From the IMG/VR virus record IMGVR_UViG_3300047160_005790, positions 24,285-88,284 of that record: a DNA stretch of 64,000 nucleotides; one strand, 5' to 3'. The stretch is from a virus (Duplodnaviria > Caudoviricetes). Within the stretch, counting starts at the first letter, position 1; each line of letters starts with the position of its first letter. Shown piece after piece: positions 10,029 through 19,427 of this stretch. Below the pieces are notes generated by a model. The model had not been told where the DNA came from. It made no database searches and saw only the letters and a list, made by a program, of their open reading frames with translations. The translations under genes were made by a program, and so were the position numbers.

Positions 10029-10367
10029 ATGGCAGATATAAGGGACTTGATGGACGTTCAGGTGCGCGAGCACCAAACCGGCTACACCGGCGTCTGGTAT
10101 TCGCAGTTCTCGCGCAACATAGTCGATGATCGGTCGCTAGCGTATGTTCACATACCAGACATCGATCCCGTCGAGGAATACGGGCCGTTGAACTGGGAGC
10201 CGCACTACCGAGTCGCGCGCAGCCCCAGCACAGGTATGCCGACTATCGACTCGACGACGGGCTTTCCGGTGATCGTACAAATTCTGCCGGTCAAGGGCGA
10301 CGCGGCTTTGCTCTTGTTCGACAATCGAGCCTTCTGGCGTTTGATTACTTGGTGGCCGGGAGCGTGA
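10029..10367 (+). CDS. Putative baseplate spike/assembly protein
   Basis: Between hub and gp25-like gene; LPVKGD motif. Confidence 0.5.
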   Translation: MADIRDLMDVQVREHQTGYTGVWYSQFSRNIVDDRSLAYVHIPDIDPVEEYGPLNWEPHYRVARSPSTGMPTIDSTTGFPVIVQILPVKGDAALLLFDNRAFWRLITWWPGA

Positions 10368-10377
10368 AAGGAGCGTA

Positions 10378-10698
10378 ATGCCGGTACAGATACCGCACTT
10401 CGATATGCCGTTCCGGTTCGCCCCCGGCGGCTCGGTAGTTACGGTCGAACAGAACAGCCAGGAAGACATCGACAACTGTGTCGAGGCGATCGTGCGAACG
10501 CCGCTCGGGTTTCGAGCCTACGTCCCGCGCTTCGGCATTTTTGATCCGGCGTTCGAGATTCAGCCGATCAACACCGATGTCATCAATGCTCAAATCTCTC
10601 TCAACGAGCCGCGCGCGCAAGCTCAGATTCGGCAGGATCCGGACGCTTTCGACGAGCTGATCGTGCACGTCAAGGTCGGTGTGACGGAATATGTCTAG
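10378..10698 (+). CDS. Baseplate wedge protein (gp25/W-like)
   Basis: TPLGFRAYVPRFG...NEPRA. Confidence 0.8.
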   Translation: MPVQIPHFDMPFRFAPGGSVVTVEQNSQEDIDNCVEAIVRTPLGFRAYVPRFGIFDPAFEIQPINTDVINAQISLNEPRAQAQIRQDPDAFDELIVHVKVGVTEYV

Positions 10699-11881
10699 TC
10701 GATTCGTCACGCTACCGTTCACGACTGATCCTCGGGACTTGATGGCCAAGGCGTTCGCCTACCTCCAAGGCAGGATTCCTGGCTGGCAGCCTGCCGAGGG
10801 CAACCTCGACACGTGGATCGTCGAGGCGGTTGCTCAGGAGGCGAGCGACATCGCGACGCTCGCGACGCAAGTGCCGAAGGCGATCTTCCGATACCTCGGG
10901 GAGTCGTTGTACGGCTTCCCGCCGATCGCGGCGAGCGCCGCCAGCGTCGGCACGACGTGGTTCGCGAACGACAACGCTGGACACTTCATTCCAGCTGGTG
11001 CACAAGTTGGCATCTCTGATGCGGGTGGCACTATCTGGCCATTCTCAGTTCTCGCTGATGTCCTTTTGCCGACGGGGCAGACACAAACGCAAGCTGGGCA
11101 GGTTGTGTTGGTGGCGCAGCAGAATGGCTCGTTCGCCTCGGGTCTCGGAGCAAATGGTCAGATCGCTCAGTTGCTCGACACGATGCCCTGGGTGGATCAT
11201 ATCGTTCAGGTTGCGCCGACGGGCGGTGGCGTCGATGCAGAAACGGATGATGACTATCTTGATCGTCTAGCGGCCGAACTTCGACTTATGTCGCCGCGGC
11301 CGATACTGCCGCAAGACTTTGCCGTGCTTGCTCGTAACGTCGCGGGTGTTCAACGTGCTGTAGCGATCGACGGCTACAACCCGGCCGACGGCACGTTTTT
11401 CAACGAGCGCATGGTTTGTATCGTCGCGCTCGACGCCAGCGGTGCGGCAGTAAGCGGCGCAATCAAAACTGCGATCACGAACTACCTCGAACCGCTGCGC
11501 GAGGTCAACTTCGCTGTCACTACGACCGACGCGACGCTCTCAGAGATCGACGTAACAGTTCAAGCGGCGCGCTCGCTTGGTTACAGTTCGAGCGATGTGG
11601 CCGATCGTATCGGGCTTACGATCATGAACTACTTGAATCCGACGATCTGGGGCATCACGATGTCTGACAATCCGAACGACCCGAAGACGTGGAACAATCT
11701 GACGGCCATTCGCTATATCGACTTGGGAGCTGCCGTTCGTGATACGCCAGGCGTCGAGTACGTTGCGGGTTTGACGATCGGCCTTCATGGACAAACACAA
11801 TCATCTGATGACCTTGATCTCAACGGAATCGCCCCTCTGCCGTTTACTCAACTTACAGACTTGACGATTCAGGTCGCATAG
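10691..11881 (+). CDS. Baseplate J-like protein
   Basis: W...EGNLD, GGVDAETDDDYLDR, DFAVLA...GVQRA. Confidence 0.87.
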   Translation: MSSRFVTLPFTTDPRDLMAKAFAYLQGRIPGWQPAEGNLDTWIVEAVAQEASDIATLATQVPKAIFRYLGESLYGFPPIAASAASVGTTWFANDNAGHFIPAGAQVGISDAGGTIWPFSVLADVLLPTGQTQTQAGQVVLVAQQNGSFASGLGANGQIAQLLDTMPWVDHIVQVAPTGGGVDAETDDDYLDRLAAELRLMSPRPILPQDFAVLARNVAGVQRAVAIDGYNPADGTFFNERMVCIVALDASGAAVSGAIKTAITNYLEPLREVNFAVTTTDATLSEIDVTVQAARSLGYSSSDVADRIGLTIMNYLNPTIWGITMSDNPNDPKTWNNLTAIRYIDLGAAVRDTPGVEYVAGLTIGLHGQTQSSDDLDLNGIAPLPFTQLTDLTIQVA

Positions 11882-11889
11882 GAGACGCC

Positions 11890-12300
11890 ATGGCTGACTT
11901 CGTCTATGACAAGGCGTTGGAGGACATCGGCGCCGCTCTGATCAATCTTGTCACCGACACGATCAAGGTTGTCGCTGCCAAGTCCACATACTCTGCCGTC
12001 AAAACGGCGACGAATCCGACGCTCAACGACATCGCGAGCGGCGACCGTGTGGTGATCGGCACGCTTGCGAACAAGACGGAAGTTGGCGGCGTGTTCAGCG
12101 CTGACCCGACTACGTTGCCGGCAACACCTAACGGTGTTGCTGCTTCGCAGTTGATCGTCTACAAAGACACCGGGTCGCCGACGACTTCGCGGCTGATTTT
12201 GCACATCGACTCGGCGACCGGCTTGCCGTTTACGGGCAACGGTCTCGACGCGACGATCAACTGGCCGACGAGCGACCCCAACAAGATCTTCAAGATCTGA
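11890..12300 (+). CDS. Small virion structural protein, paralogue of the C-terminal domain of 12302..14758
   Basis: Shared IK(V/I)VA, GVF(S/T)A, (L/F)(I/V)(V/I)YKDTG..TSRLI, GLP...NG, IF(K/A) motifs. Confidence 0.65.
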   Translation: MADFVYDKALEDIGAALINLVTDTIKVVAAKSTYSAVKTATNPTLNDIASGDRVVIGTLANKTEVGGVFSADPTTLPATPNGVAASQLIVYKDTGSPTTSRLILHIDSATGLPFTGNGLDATINWPTSDPNKIFKI

Positions 12301-12301
12301 C

Positions 12302-14758
12302 ATGACGATCATCAGCACGAGTCACTATAACGATCAGAACTACCCGAATCCCGGGAACGGCTGGCCGAATGGTTGGACCTATGATGCAAACTACGGTCCT
12401 ACGAATCAGCTTACGATCATCAATGATCCGCATGGCTCTGTCAACTACGTCGGTAGGTGGCATGCGACGCAGGGAGCAAGTCAACAGGGTTGGGGCGAGG
12501 GAATGGAGGCGTATAACGGAATCGCTGACAACATTCACTTTCCGACCGGGGGTGGAATGTTCGAGGGTGCGGACGAGTGGTATTCGATGGCGTACAAAAC
12601 TGATGCAGGTTTCTCTGATCCGCTCGGCTGGTTGGCCGTTACCCAGTGGTATTGTAACGATTATAACGCAACAGCCCCTAACGGTTGGAACTTTTTCCTC
12701 GGTTCGCCCCCGATGATCATCTCGATCGGCAGGAACGGCATCTGGGCTAGTCACAACGCCGGTTACGCCACAATAAAGGGGCCGGGCCTTGCCTCTAGTT
12801 ACGAGACGACGGGTTACTACAGCCCGATTATGCCGCAGGCGCAGATGGTTTATGGGGTGTGGATCGATGTTCTTCTGCACGTCGTCTGGTCGAAGGGCGC
12901 CCCCGGATACAAAGCGACCGGCAACGGCTTCTTCGAGTCCTGGTATCGCCGGGCTGGCATCGACGCCGATTGGGTTCAGACGAACAGCGTATCGAACCCG
13001 ACGCTTCGCTGGAACGAACAATACAACGGCGGCGTCTCGCCGGGTATCGGAATGATGAAGCAGGGCATCTACCGCGGAAGCGGTTGTCGAACTTCGGCTG
13101 GTACGGGGCCGCAATGGTCAACAGGCGGCAACATAGGTCACTGGCAAAGTGGTGCTGATCATTGTCAGTATGGCACTATGACGGCGCAGGCAGACACAGT
13201 GGTTTATACGGCAGGTATACGACGTACTACGACTCGCGCCGAAGCTGAAGCATTCGTCGGGGCTAGTGGCTCGTCACCCCCGCCATCTCCTCCTCCATCT
13301 CCTCCACCTCCTCCATCTCCTCCACCTCCTCCTCCTCCGCCGACAAATCCGGCGCCGCCCGCGGTCGCCAGCGGGCATACGCGCATCGGCTCGGTCGATG
13401 GTTCGTATACGACGCTTTCGACGCCCGACCGCACTCGCGTCAACAGTCTGGTCGCGATACCGGCCGGTGCGCAGATTGACCACATCTATCACTGGGTCGG
13501 CAACGCACAGGGCGGGGCGGCGACGCTTATCTACGTTTTGTACGCCGACGTATCCGGCAGCCCCGCGGGCGGCGCGCTCATAGGATCTTCGTCGCCGGTA
13601 ACGATCGCGCTCGGACAGGCGATGGGTTGGGTATCTGTTGCGCTAAGCACGCCTTGGGCGGCGCCGTCGGCTTGCTGGCTCGGCTACATTCAGGGCGGCA
13701 ACAACGTCGATGTCGGATACTCGGCCCTTGCGTCGAGCGAAGCGCTCACTTCGGACTTGTACAGCGACGGCCCCGCCAACCCGTTCCCGGCGTCGCCGAC
13801 AATCACAGGTGTTCTGTTTGCGCTCGTTGCGGACTACTCGATCGTCGGCGGCGGCGCCTTGCCCGCGGCGGCGAGCGGCCGTACCCGCGTCGGTAGCTCG
13901 ACGGCGGGCACGCCGACGACGCTGGTGCCAAACCTCAAGCGCGTCAACAAGCTCGCAGCGCTGCCGGCAGGAGCGGTCGTCGATCAGATCTACGCCAACA
14001 TAGGCAACGCCGTAACGTCACCGGCGCGTATCACGTTCGTGTTGTACGACGATCCCGGCAGCGGGCCGGTTGCGCTACTCAGTCAGAGCCCCGAGATACT
14101 CATCGCCGTGGGGCAGGCGCAGGGCTGGGTGGGAGTCACGATGACTACACCGATGGTCGCTTCGCAAAACTGCTGGCTCGGCTACATTCAAGGCGATGCG
14201 AACTGTGACGTCGGCACAACGTCGGTGACGGGCGCTATGTTGTACAGCCTCGACACATACAGCGACGGCCCGAGCAACCCATTCGGTTCTGGGTCTGTGG
14301 CCAATCTACAGATGGCGATGGTCGCCGACTACTACATTTCCCTGCCGTCGCTCGTGTTGGGTGACTATGTGTGGACCATTACGCGCGAAGAAATCGGTAA
14401 AGCGGCGCACGACCTTCTGCATGCGAGCATCAAGATTGTCGCCTTGACGCGAGCGTACAACCCGAATCAAGCTGGTGCCAACCCGACGCTCGTTGACGTT
14501 CCGAGTGCGGCGCGCGTCGCAACGGCGACACTCACCGGCCGCTCTTTGACGGCTGGTGTCTTCACTGCCGCCGATCCGACGTTCCCGACGCCGACGGCTG
14601 GACAGGCGATTGAGCAATTCGTGATCTATAAGGACACCGGTACAGAATCGACTTCGCGGCTGATCGCTCGTTTGACGAGCTACAATGGCTTGCCGCTCGT
14701 AACGAACGGTGCGCCATTCATATTGAGGTTCCCACCCGCTAACATCTTCGCCCTGTGA
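12302..14758 (+). CDS. Tail fibre/receptor-binding protein: polysaccharide-lyase-like domain, Pro linker, 2 beta-sandwich repeats, anchor domain
   Basis: WIDVLLHVVWS...GFFESW...PTL...MKQGIYR signature; internal repeats at about 13367-13836 and 13870-14332. Confidence 0.68.
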   Translation: MTIISTSHYNDQNYPNPGNGWPNGWTYDANYGPTNQLTIINDPHGSVNYVGRWHATQGASQQGWGEGMEAYNGIADNIHFPTGGGMFEGADEWYSMAYKTDAGFSDPLGWLAVTQWYCNDYNATAPNGWNFFLGSPPMIISIGRNGIWASHNAGYATIKGPGLASSYETTGYYSPIMPQAQMVYGVWIDVLLHVVWSKGAPGYKATGNGFFESWYRRAGIDADWVQTNSVSNPTLRWNEQYNGGVSPGIGMMKQGIYRGSGCRTSAGTGPQWSTGGNIGHWQSGADHCQYGTMTAQADTVVYTAGIRRTTTRAEAEAFVGASGSSPPPSPPPSPPPPPSPPPPPPPPTNPAPPAVASGHTRIGSVDGSYTTLSTPDRTRVNSLVAIPAGAQIDHIYHWVGNAQGGAATLIYVLYADVSGSPAGGALIGSSSPVTIALGQAMGWVSVALSTPWAAPSACWLGYIQGGNNVDVGYSALASSEALTSDLYSDGPANPFPASPTITGVLFALVADYSIVGGGALPAAASGRTRVGSSTAGTPTTLVPNLKRVNKLAALPAGAVVDQIYANIGNAVTSPARITFVLYDDPGSGPVALLSQSPEILIAVGQAQGWVGVTMTTPMVASQNCWLGYIQGDANCDVGTTSVTGAMLYSLDTYSDGPSNPFGSGSVANLQMAMVADYYISLPSLVLGDYVWTITREEIGKAAHDLLHASIKIVALTRAYNPNQAGANPTLVDVPSAARVATATLTGRSLTAGVFTAADPTFPTPTAGQAIEQFVIYKDTGTESTSRLIARLTSYNGLPLVTNGAPFILRFPPANIFAL
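13274..13342 (+). repeat. Low-complexity CCT/CCA tract encoding a SPPP/PPPP linker
   Basis: SPPPSPPPSPPPPPSPPPPPPPP. Confidence 0.9.
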
Positions 14759-14765
14759 GCAGGTA

Positions 14766-16202
14766 ATGGCTACATTCGGCAAAACAACCGCGGGCGTTCC
14801 CGGCGTATTCTTAACAGCCCGAGAGTTTGCTATGCCGTTCGCCTTGTCGGCTGCCGGCACAGCAACGGCGATTAACTTGAAGGTGGCCGGTGACAACCCC
14901 GGCGGCTCGGGCAACCAACAGGTCATCTGCTGCATTTACGCCGACAGCAGCGGCTCGCCAGGCGCGTTGCTCGCGACGAGTGCCGCTTTTACGGTGACGC
15001 CTGGCCTGGCAGCCGCCTATCAGGCGATGACCATTTCTGGCGGTGTTCATCTAGCGGCAGGTACGTATTGGCTCGGGTTCTATCAGCAGTCAGCAGCGAA
15101 CCCGGTTATTCGGGTGTACTACGACAACGTCACGAACGCCTCGAAGTCAATCATTGGCCCGACGTTCCCGGCTCTCAACAATCCGTTCGGATCAAGTGGC
15201 ATCGTCAACGAGACGTACGAGTTCTGTATCAATGCGACGTACACTCCGGACGCGACGCCGATCGTTCTAAATATGACGACCGGCATCCCGAGCCAGGTCG
15301 CCGTGGGGACTGGCTCTTCGATCGTGCTTCAGGCCGTCGGCGTCGGCGCACCGTCGTCGCAAGCTCAGATAGGCGTTGGAACGAACGTCGTTTTGACGCC
15401 GCCACCGCCCGGCCCTCCGGCAGATGTTCCGCCGCCGCCGATACCGCCGCCGCCCGCTGGCGGTGTGCCGCTGCCGTTTCCTGTTCAAGATAATGTGAGT
15501 TTCGGCGACGCCGTGTATAAGTTGCTGGCGCCGATCGCTTACGCCGATCCGATCAACAACTACAATTTGCTAACTTTCGTGCGCGGGCTCGGCGAGATGT
15601 TCCAGGAACTCGACGAGCTGGCACACGTCGATACGACGATCAACGACTCACCTTGGTCATCCTTGCTCGATATCAACCGATCGAAGGACGAGTACCTGAG
15701 TTGGCTCGGGCAGTTTGTTGGCGTCGAAATCGATCTTGGCCTATCGCTCGATGATCAGCGGCAGCAGTTGCGTAGCCACGAAGGCTGGAATCGCGGCACG
15801 GTCGCAGCGCTCAAGAAGTCGATTCAGAAGTATCTGACTGACGGACAAGTTGTCGTCGTCATCGAGCGCTATCCGGACGCCTACAGCCTCGTCGTCAGCA
15901 CGTACGCCAGCGAGACGCCGCCGAGCCAAATCTACCAGGACCTTTACAACACGTATACGACGTACGGCAACTTCTTCGGGTCGTGGGGCAGTTACTGGAT
16001 ATTCTGGATGTCGATCATCCCGAACTTGATCGAGTACGTCTTGCAACAAACGAAGCCTGCGGGCCTCGTCCTGAGCTACCAAATTCTGCCCGGGACGCCA
16101 GGTACTTACTCAGCGTACTCGGTGATTTTCGTTGAGTTTGCTTCTTACAGAGAACTTTGGAACGCTGAACAAACGTACCAGGACGTCTACATTCAATTCT
16201 GA
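14766..16202 (+). CDS. Tail protein: beta-sandwich domain, Pro linker, P2 gpI-like baseplate domain
   Basis: IYADSSGSPGALL...YWLG repeat homologous to the fibre repeats; YLSWLGQFVGV...RGTVAALK gpI-like. Confidence 0.65.
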   Translation: MATFGKTTAGVPGVFLTAREFAMPFALSAAGTATAINLKVAGDNPGGSGNQQVICCIYADSSGSPGALLATSAAFTVTPGLAAAYQAMTISGGVHLAAGTYWLGFYQQSAANPVIRVYYDNVTNASKSIIGPTFPALNNPFGSSGIVNETYEFCINATYTPDATPIVLNMTTGIPSQVAVGTGSSIVLQAVGVGAPSSQAQIGVGTNVVLTPPPPGPPADVPPPPIPPPPAGGVPLPFPVQDNVSFGDAVYKLLAPIAYADPINNYNLLTFVRGLGEMFQELDELAHVDTTINDSPWSSLLDINRSKDEYLSWLGQFVGVEIDLGLSLDDQRQQLRSHEGWNRGTVAALKKSIQKYLTDGQVVVVIERYPDAYSLVVSTYASETPPSQIYQDLYNTYTTYGNFFGSWGSYWIFWMSIIPNLIEYVLQQTKPAGLVLSYQILPGTPGTYSAYSVIFVEFASYRELWNAEQTYQDVYIQF

Positions 16203-16213
16203 GGGAGGGGGCT

Positions 16214-16960
16214 ATGCTCTCAAGTACCCGACGCGGCATTCAGTTTCCGAATCCGGATCGCAGCGATCGGCCGGACATTCCGCGTCACATCAAGTACCTG
16301 ATCGACGCACTCGAAGTCGATGCCGTTTACATCGAGAACACCGACGCAAATCGCCTAGCGACTACGCACATGGCAGGCGTGTTCTGGTGGACGACGGACA
16401 CGCAGTTGATGTGGTTCGACGACGGCACGGCCTGGCACCTGATTTCCGGATCACAGTCCGGTACGAGCTTCCCAGTTTCGCCGACCAACGATCAGGAGTT
16501 CGTGTACGTCGCCGATGCCACGACGCCGATTTACTGGCGCTTCAAGTACAACGCCTCGATGTCCATGTGGATCTTCGTCGGCGGCGACGAGTTGTTCTCG
16601 GAAGTCACGACTGCCGAGGCGACCAACTCTGCGACCTACGCGAACCTCACGACTGTCGGCCCTAGCGTCACTGTGCCGCGCGCCGGAGACTACCTCATCG
16701 AAGTCGGCAGCGAAATCGCGCTTTCTGCTGGTGCACAAACTGCCTGGGTGAGCTTCGACATCGCCGGGGCGGGCGCGGTTGACGCCGACGGCTTTCGCGC
16801 CTCGGGCACGTCCTCCCTTGTCGCACAAGGTTCTCGTATGCGCAAGAAGACATCCGTGGCGGTCTTCTCGACTGTCATCGCGAAGTACAAGTCGGACGGC
16901 ACCAACAACGCGACGTACGGGCGGCGGTGGATGCGCGTCAAGCCGATTCGGGTAAGCTAG
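16214..16960 (+). CDS. Minor tail / fibre protein
   Basis: TRRGIQFP..SDRPDIP...LIDALEVD N-terminus typical of actinophage minor tail proteins. Confidence 0.6.
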   Translation: MLSSTRRGIQFPNPDRSDRPDIPRHIKYLIDALEVDAVYIENTDANRLATTHMAGVFWWTTDTQLMWFDDGTAWHLISGSQSGTSFPVSPTNDQEFVYVADATTPIYWRFKYNASMSMWIFVGGDELFSEVTTAEATNSATYANLTTVGPSVTVPRAGDYLIEVGSEIALSAGAQTAWVSFDIAGAGAVDADGFRASGTSSLVAQGSRMRKKTSVAVFSTVIAKYKSDGTNNATYGRRWMRVKPIRVS

Positions 16961-16969
16961 GGGGAGGAC

Positions 16970-17191
16970 ATGACGCTAGACGATACGATCACCAAGTTGC
17001 GAGGATGGAACTACTCGGTCGAGCCCGCTCAGCCGAGTACGGACGAGGAGTCGGCGCTCACCTACCTCGTCAGCGGCTTCGGGTTGTCGGTGTACGTTGA
17101 CAAGGATGACACCGAGTTTTGGGACAGCCTCGCAGACGACAACGCGCAAGCCGAGCGAGCACAACAAGATCAGGACGCTTCTGCCGTCTAA
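16970..17191 (+). CDS. Small acidic protein, possible fibre chaperone
   Basis: GGGGGAGG SD; follows fibre gene. Confidence 0.5.
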   Translation: MTLDDTITKLRGWNYSVEPAQPSTDEESALTYLVSGFGLSVYVDKDDTEFWDSLADDNAQAERAQQDQDASAV

Positions 17192-17415
17192 TGACTAACG
17201 GACAGGCACAAAAGGGTCAGGGCTCGCCGCGCTGGGCGATCGTCCGCGACATGCTCCTGTTCCTGGGCGGCTTGTTCGGCGTTCTTCACCAGGAGTTCGT
17301 CGCCAGCGACCCGAAGCCCGCCTTGCTCGTATTCTACGGCGCGATGATGGGGCTCCCGGCCTACCTCAACTTTCCGCTGAGGCGGAGCAATGGGAATTCA
17401 ACGGCTAACTCGTGA
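17191..17415 (+). CDS. Holin-like membrane protein
   Basis: Two hydrophobic segments; end of late operon; TAATG overlap. Confidence 0.5.
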   Translation: MTNGQAQKGQGSPRWAIVRDMLLFLGGLFGVLHQEFVASDPKPALLVFYGAMMGLPAYLNFPLRRSNGNSTANS

Positions 17416-17716
17416 CGACTATCGCTGGCTGATCGGCGGCTTCTGGGGCCATCTCCTCGCTTACGTGATATTCGTCGTGGTCGCCGTCGTCGGCCTCGCG
17501 CAGTACTCGAACCGGCAAGACGACAAGGTCGCCCGCAACACGGCCGCGACCTGCCTGATCGTCAGCAACGAGGTCAAGATCACAGAGGCCGTCGTGTTGA
17601 ACTCGCGGGCGATCGAGGAGATCGAGCGGACGGTGCCGACGGACGTCGCCCCGGCGTCGGTGGCGTCGCTGGAGGCGATCATCAACGAGCTGGAGACGCT
17701 CGACAAGAAATGTTAG
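17390..17716 (+). CDS. Single-pass membrane protein (lysis-associated?)
   Basis: N-terminal TM segment then coiled coil. Confidence 0.5.
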   Translation: MGIQRLTRDDYRWLIGGFWGHLLAYVIFVVVAVVGLAQYSNRQDDKVARNTAATCLIVSNEVKITEAVVLNSRAIEEIERTVPTDVAPASVASLEAIINELETLDKKC

Positions 17717-17721
17717 TCGAG

Positions 17722-18375
17722 CTAGCGAAAGTGACTTTTGTGCTCGCCTTCCGGGGCCGTCGCTCCGCCGGGCGAGCTGCCGCGTTTGTAGTCTAGGTCG
17801 CGGCGACGCGCGCTGATCGTCTCGTTGCGCAAGTTTGACCAGGCGGTATACTGCTCAAGTAGTTCGAGTTCGCCCGCGAGCGGTCGCTGTTCCAGGCTGA
17901 GGCCATCTGGCAGGTCGAAGATTTTGGCCGGGATGATCTGACAGAACGTCTCGCCCGCTTCCCAGCTTACGATGCCGGGGCGCGTATGCTTCCAATTCAT
18001 CGTAAAGGTTGCTACTGCCCAACTCGTCTCGACGATACCCGTGAGCGCGAATATGCCGTCCTTCGGCTCGTTGAGCGGACCGCCGACGATCAGCTGAACG
18101 CCGGGCTCCGTTCGGAACAGGCAGTTGACGTGAAAGGTAACGATGCCCTGTCCGAAGTGACTCGTCGCCGGAGGCGTCGTTTTCAAGCTAGCGATTCCTG
18201 GCCCGCCCTCCCAGGCTGATTCGACCGGCGCCGCGAGCTTCAAGTCGAAGCCGACTTCGTTGGCAATCACGAGTGGCTGGCAGAGGTAGGCGAAGCGGCC
18301 AGGAGACTCGTCCATCCAAACCCTGCGCTTGCTGCTCGGAGCAATGTCGATCGGCTTCAGGAAGTAGGCGATCAT
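17722..18375 (-). CDS. DUF6065-family protein
   Basis: R.WMD....FAY.C.PL.IAN..G, SHFG.GI.TFH...LFRT, GP.N.PKDGI..L.G.VET.W...FTMNW; ATG 18375. Confidence 0.75.
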   Translation of the reverse strand: MIAYFLKPIDIAPSSKRRVWMDESPGRFAYLCQPLVIANEVGFDLKLAAPVESAWEGGPGIASLKTTPPATSHFGQGIVTFHVNCLFRTEPGVQLIVGGPLNEPKDGIFALTGIVETSWAVATFTMNWKHTRPGIVSWEAGETFCQIIPAKIFDLPDGLSLEQRPLAGELELLEQYTAWSNLRNETISARRRDLDYKRGSSPGGATAPEGEHKSHFR

Positions 18376-18836
18376 GCGACTGCGCGAGCCACCCAGCCGC
18401 GCTCGTTCGTGAGCTTGACGAGCGCCGACTTGCCGAAGCGTTCGTGCGAGGTAGCGAGCGCCCAGCTGGCGACGTAGGTTATGCGCTCGATAACGGCCAA
18501 GTCGTACGCTTCGTACCAGCGCGCCCATTCGAGCCGAAGGGCGGCGCGTTGTACGTCGTCGTTGCTCGGGTAGTCGCCAGGTCGCTCGCCCCAGGCGACG
18601 AGGCTTTGCGCCAGGGCATGTTCGACGCGCCGACCGCGGCGGCGCTCGGCGGCAGTGCGGTCGGGCAGCGCGAGGTAGTACGCGACTGTCGCGACGCCGC
18701 TGCTCAGCCGGGCGGCCTCGATGATCGACAAACGTTCCGGCGTAAGGGTTTCGTCGGTCATCAGGCCCGAAACCGCGTAGCGGTCGAGGTAGCGGCCGTT
18801 AGGGGCGTTCCAGACGATGTCAGCCTCCGTTTGCAA
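18372..18836 (-). CDS. Hypothetical protein (start uncertain)
   Basis: ORF coupled to the next gene by ATGA; TTG 18836 has a G-rich SD. Confidence 0.5.
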   Translation of the reverse strand: MQTEADIVWNAPNGRYLDRYAVSGLMTDETLTPERLSIIEAARLSSGVATVAYYLALPDRTAAERRRGRRVEHALAQSLVAWGERPGDYPSNDDVQRAALRLEWARWYEAYDLAVIERITYVASWALATSHERFGKSALVKLTNERGWVARAVA

Positions 18837-18919
18837 CCCGAAACCCCCCGAACCGGCCTCGGGGCCGCCCCGACGCCTAAATTCCTGCTGCACGGAGCCT
18901 GACAATTTGCAGGGAGGCC

Positions 18920-19204
18920 CTAGCTCGGAGCCGAGGTTTCGGCCGCGCCGGTCGCCGTAGGGCTGCTCGGGGAGGCTGCAACGCCCGGCGTGGGGCCGGG
19001 CGGGCCGGTATCGGGCCACGTCGGTACGCTCGTGAAGCCGCCCGCGGGCGGCAGGACGAACAGCTTCTTGTTCCCCAGCACGTCGATCGCGTTCACCGTA
19101 ATGTTGCCGAGGTTGTTCTGATCGACGATCTCGTAACCGACTTCCACGCCGAGCCTCATGGCGAGGCTGCCGAACGCGAGCATCTGTGGACGGGTGAGCT
19201 TCAT
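18920..19204 (-). CDS. Hypothetical protein
   Basis: GAGGAG SD. Confidence 0.55.
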   Translation of the reverse strand: MKLTRPQMLAFGSLAMRLGVEVGYEIVDQNNLGNITVNAIDVLGNKKLFVLPPAGGFTSVPTWPDTGPPGPTPGVAASPSSPTATGAAETSAPS

Positions 19205-19205
19205 A

Positions 19206-19427
19206 TCACTCCTCGAAGTATTGGCTAGGCGGGGGCTTCGGCGCTTTGCGTCGCTTATTTGGCTTGTTGATGTTTCCGATCAGCAATACGGCCTCTTCGA
19301 CTTCGCGCTTCAGGGCTGCCTTCTCTTCACGCAACCGACGGATCGTACGCTTGGCGTTATCGAGTTCTCGTCGTAGTTGCTCATTTTTGAGGAGGGCTTC
19401 CCAAAGCGCATCGTCTTCTGGCATCAC
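19206..19427 (-). CDS. Coiled-coil hypothetical protein
   Basis: Heptad pattern; GTGA overlap. Confidence 0.55.
   Translation of the reverse strand: MMPEDDALWEALLKNEQLRRELDNAKRTIRRLREEKAALKREVEEAVLLIGNINKPNKRRKAPKPPPSQYFEE

Noticed and set aside
8489-10030. 513-aa minus-strand ORF
   Set aside because: Antisense shadow of the hub/NlpC gene; Arg-rich with no motifs, typical of high-GC DNA
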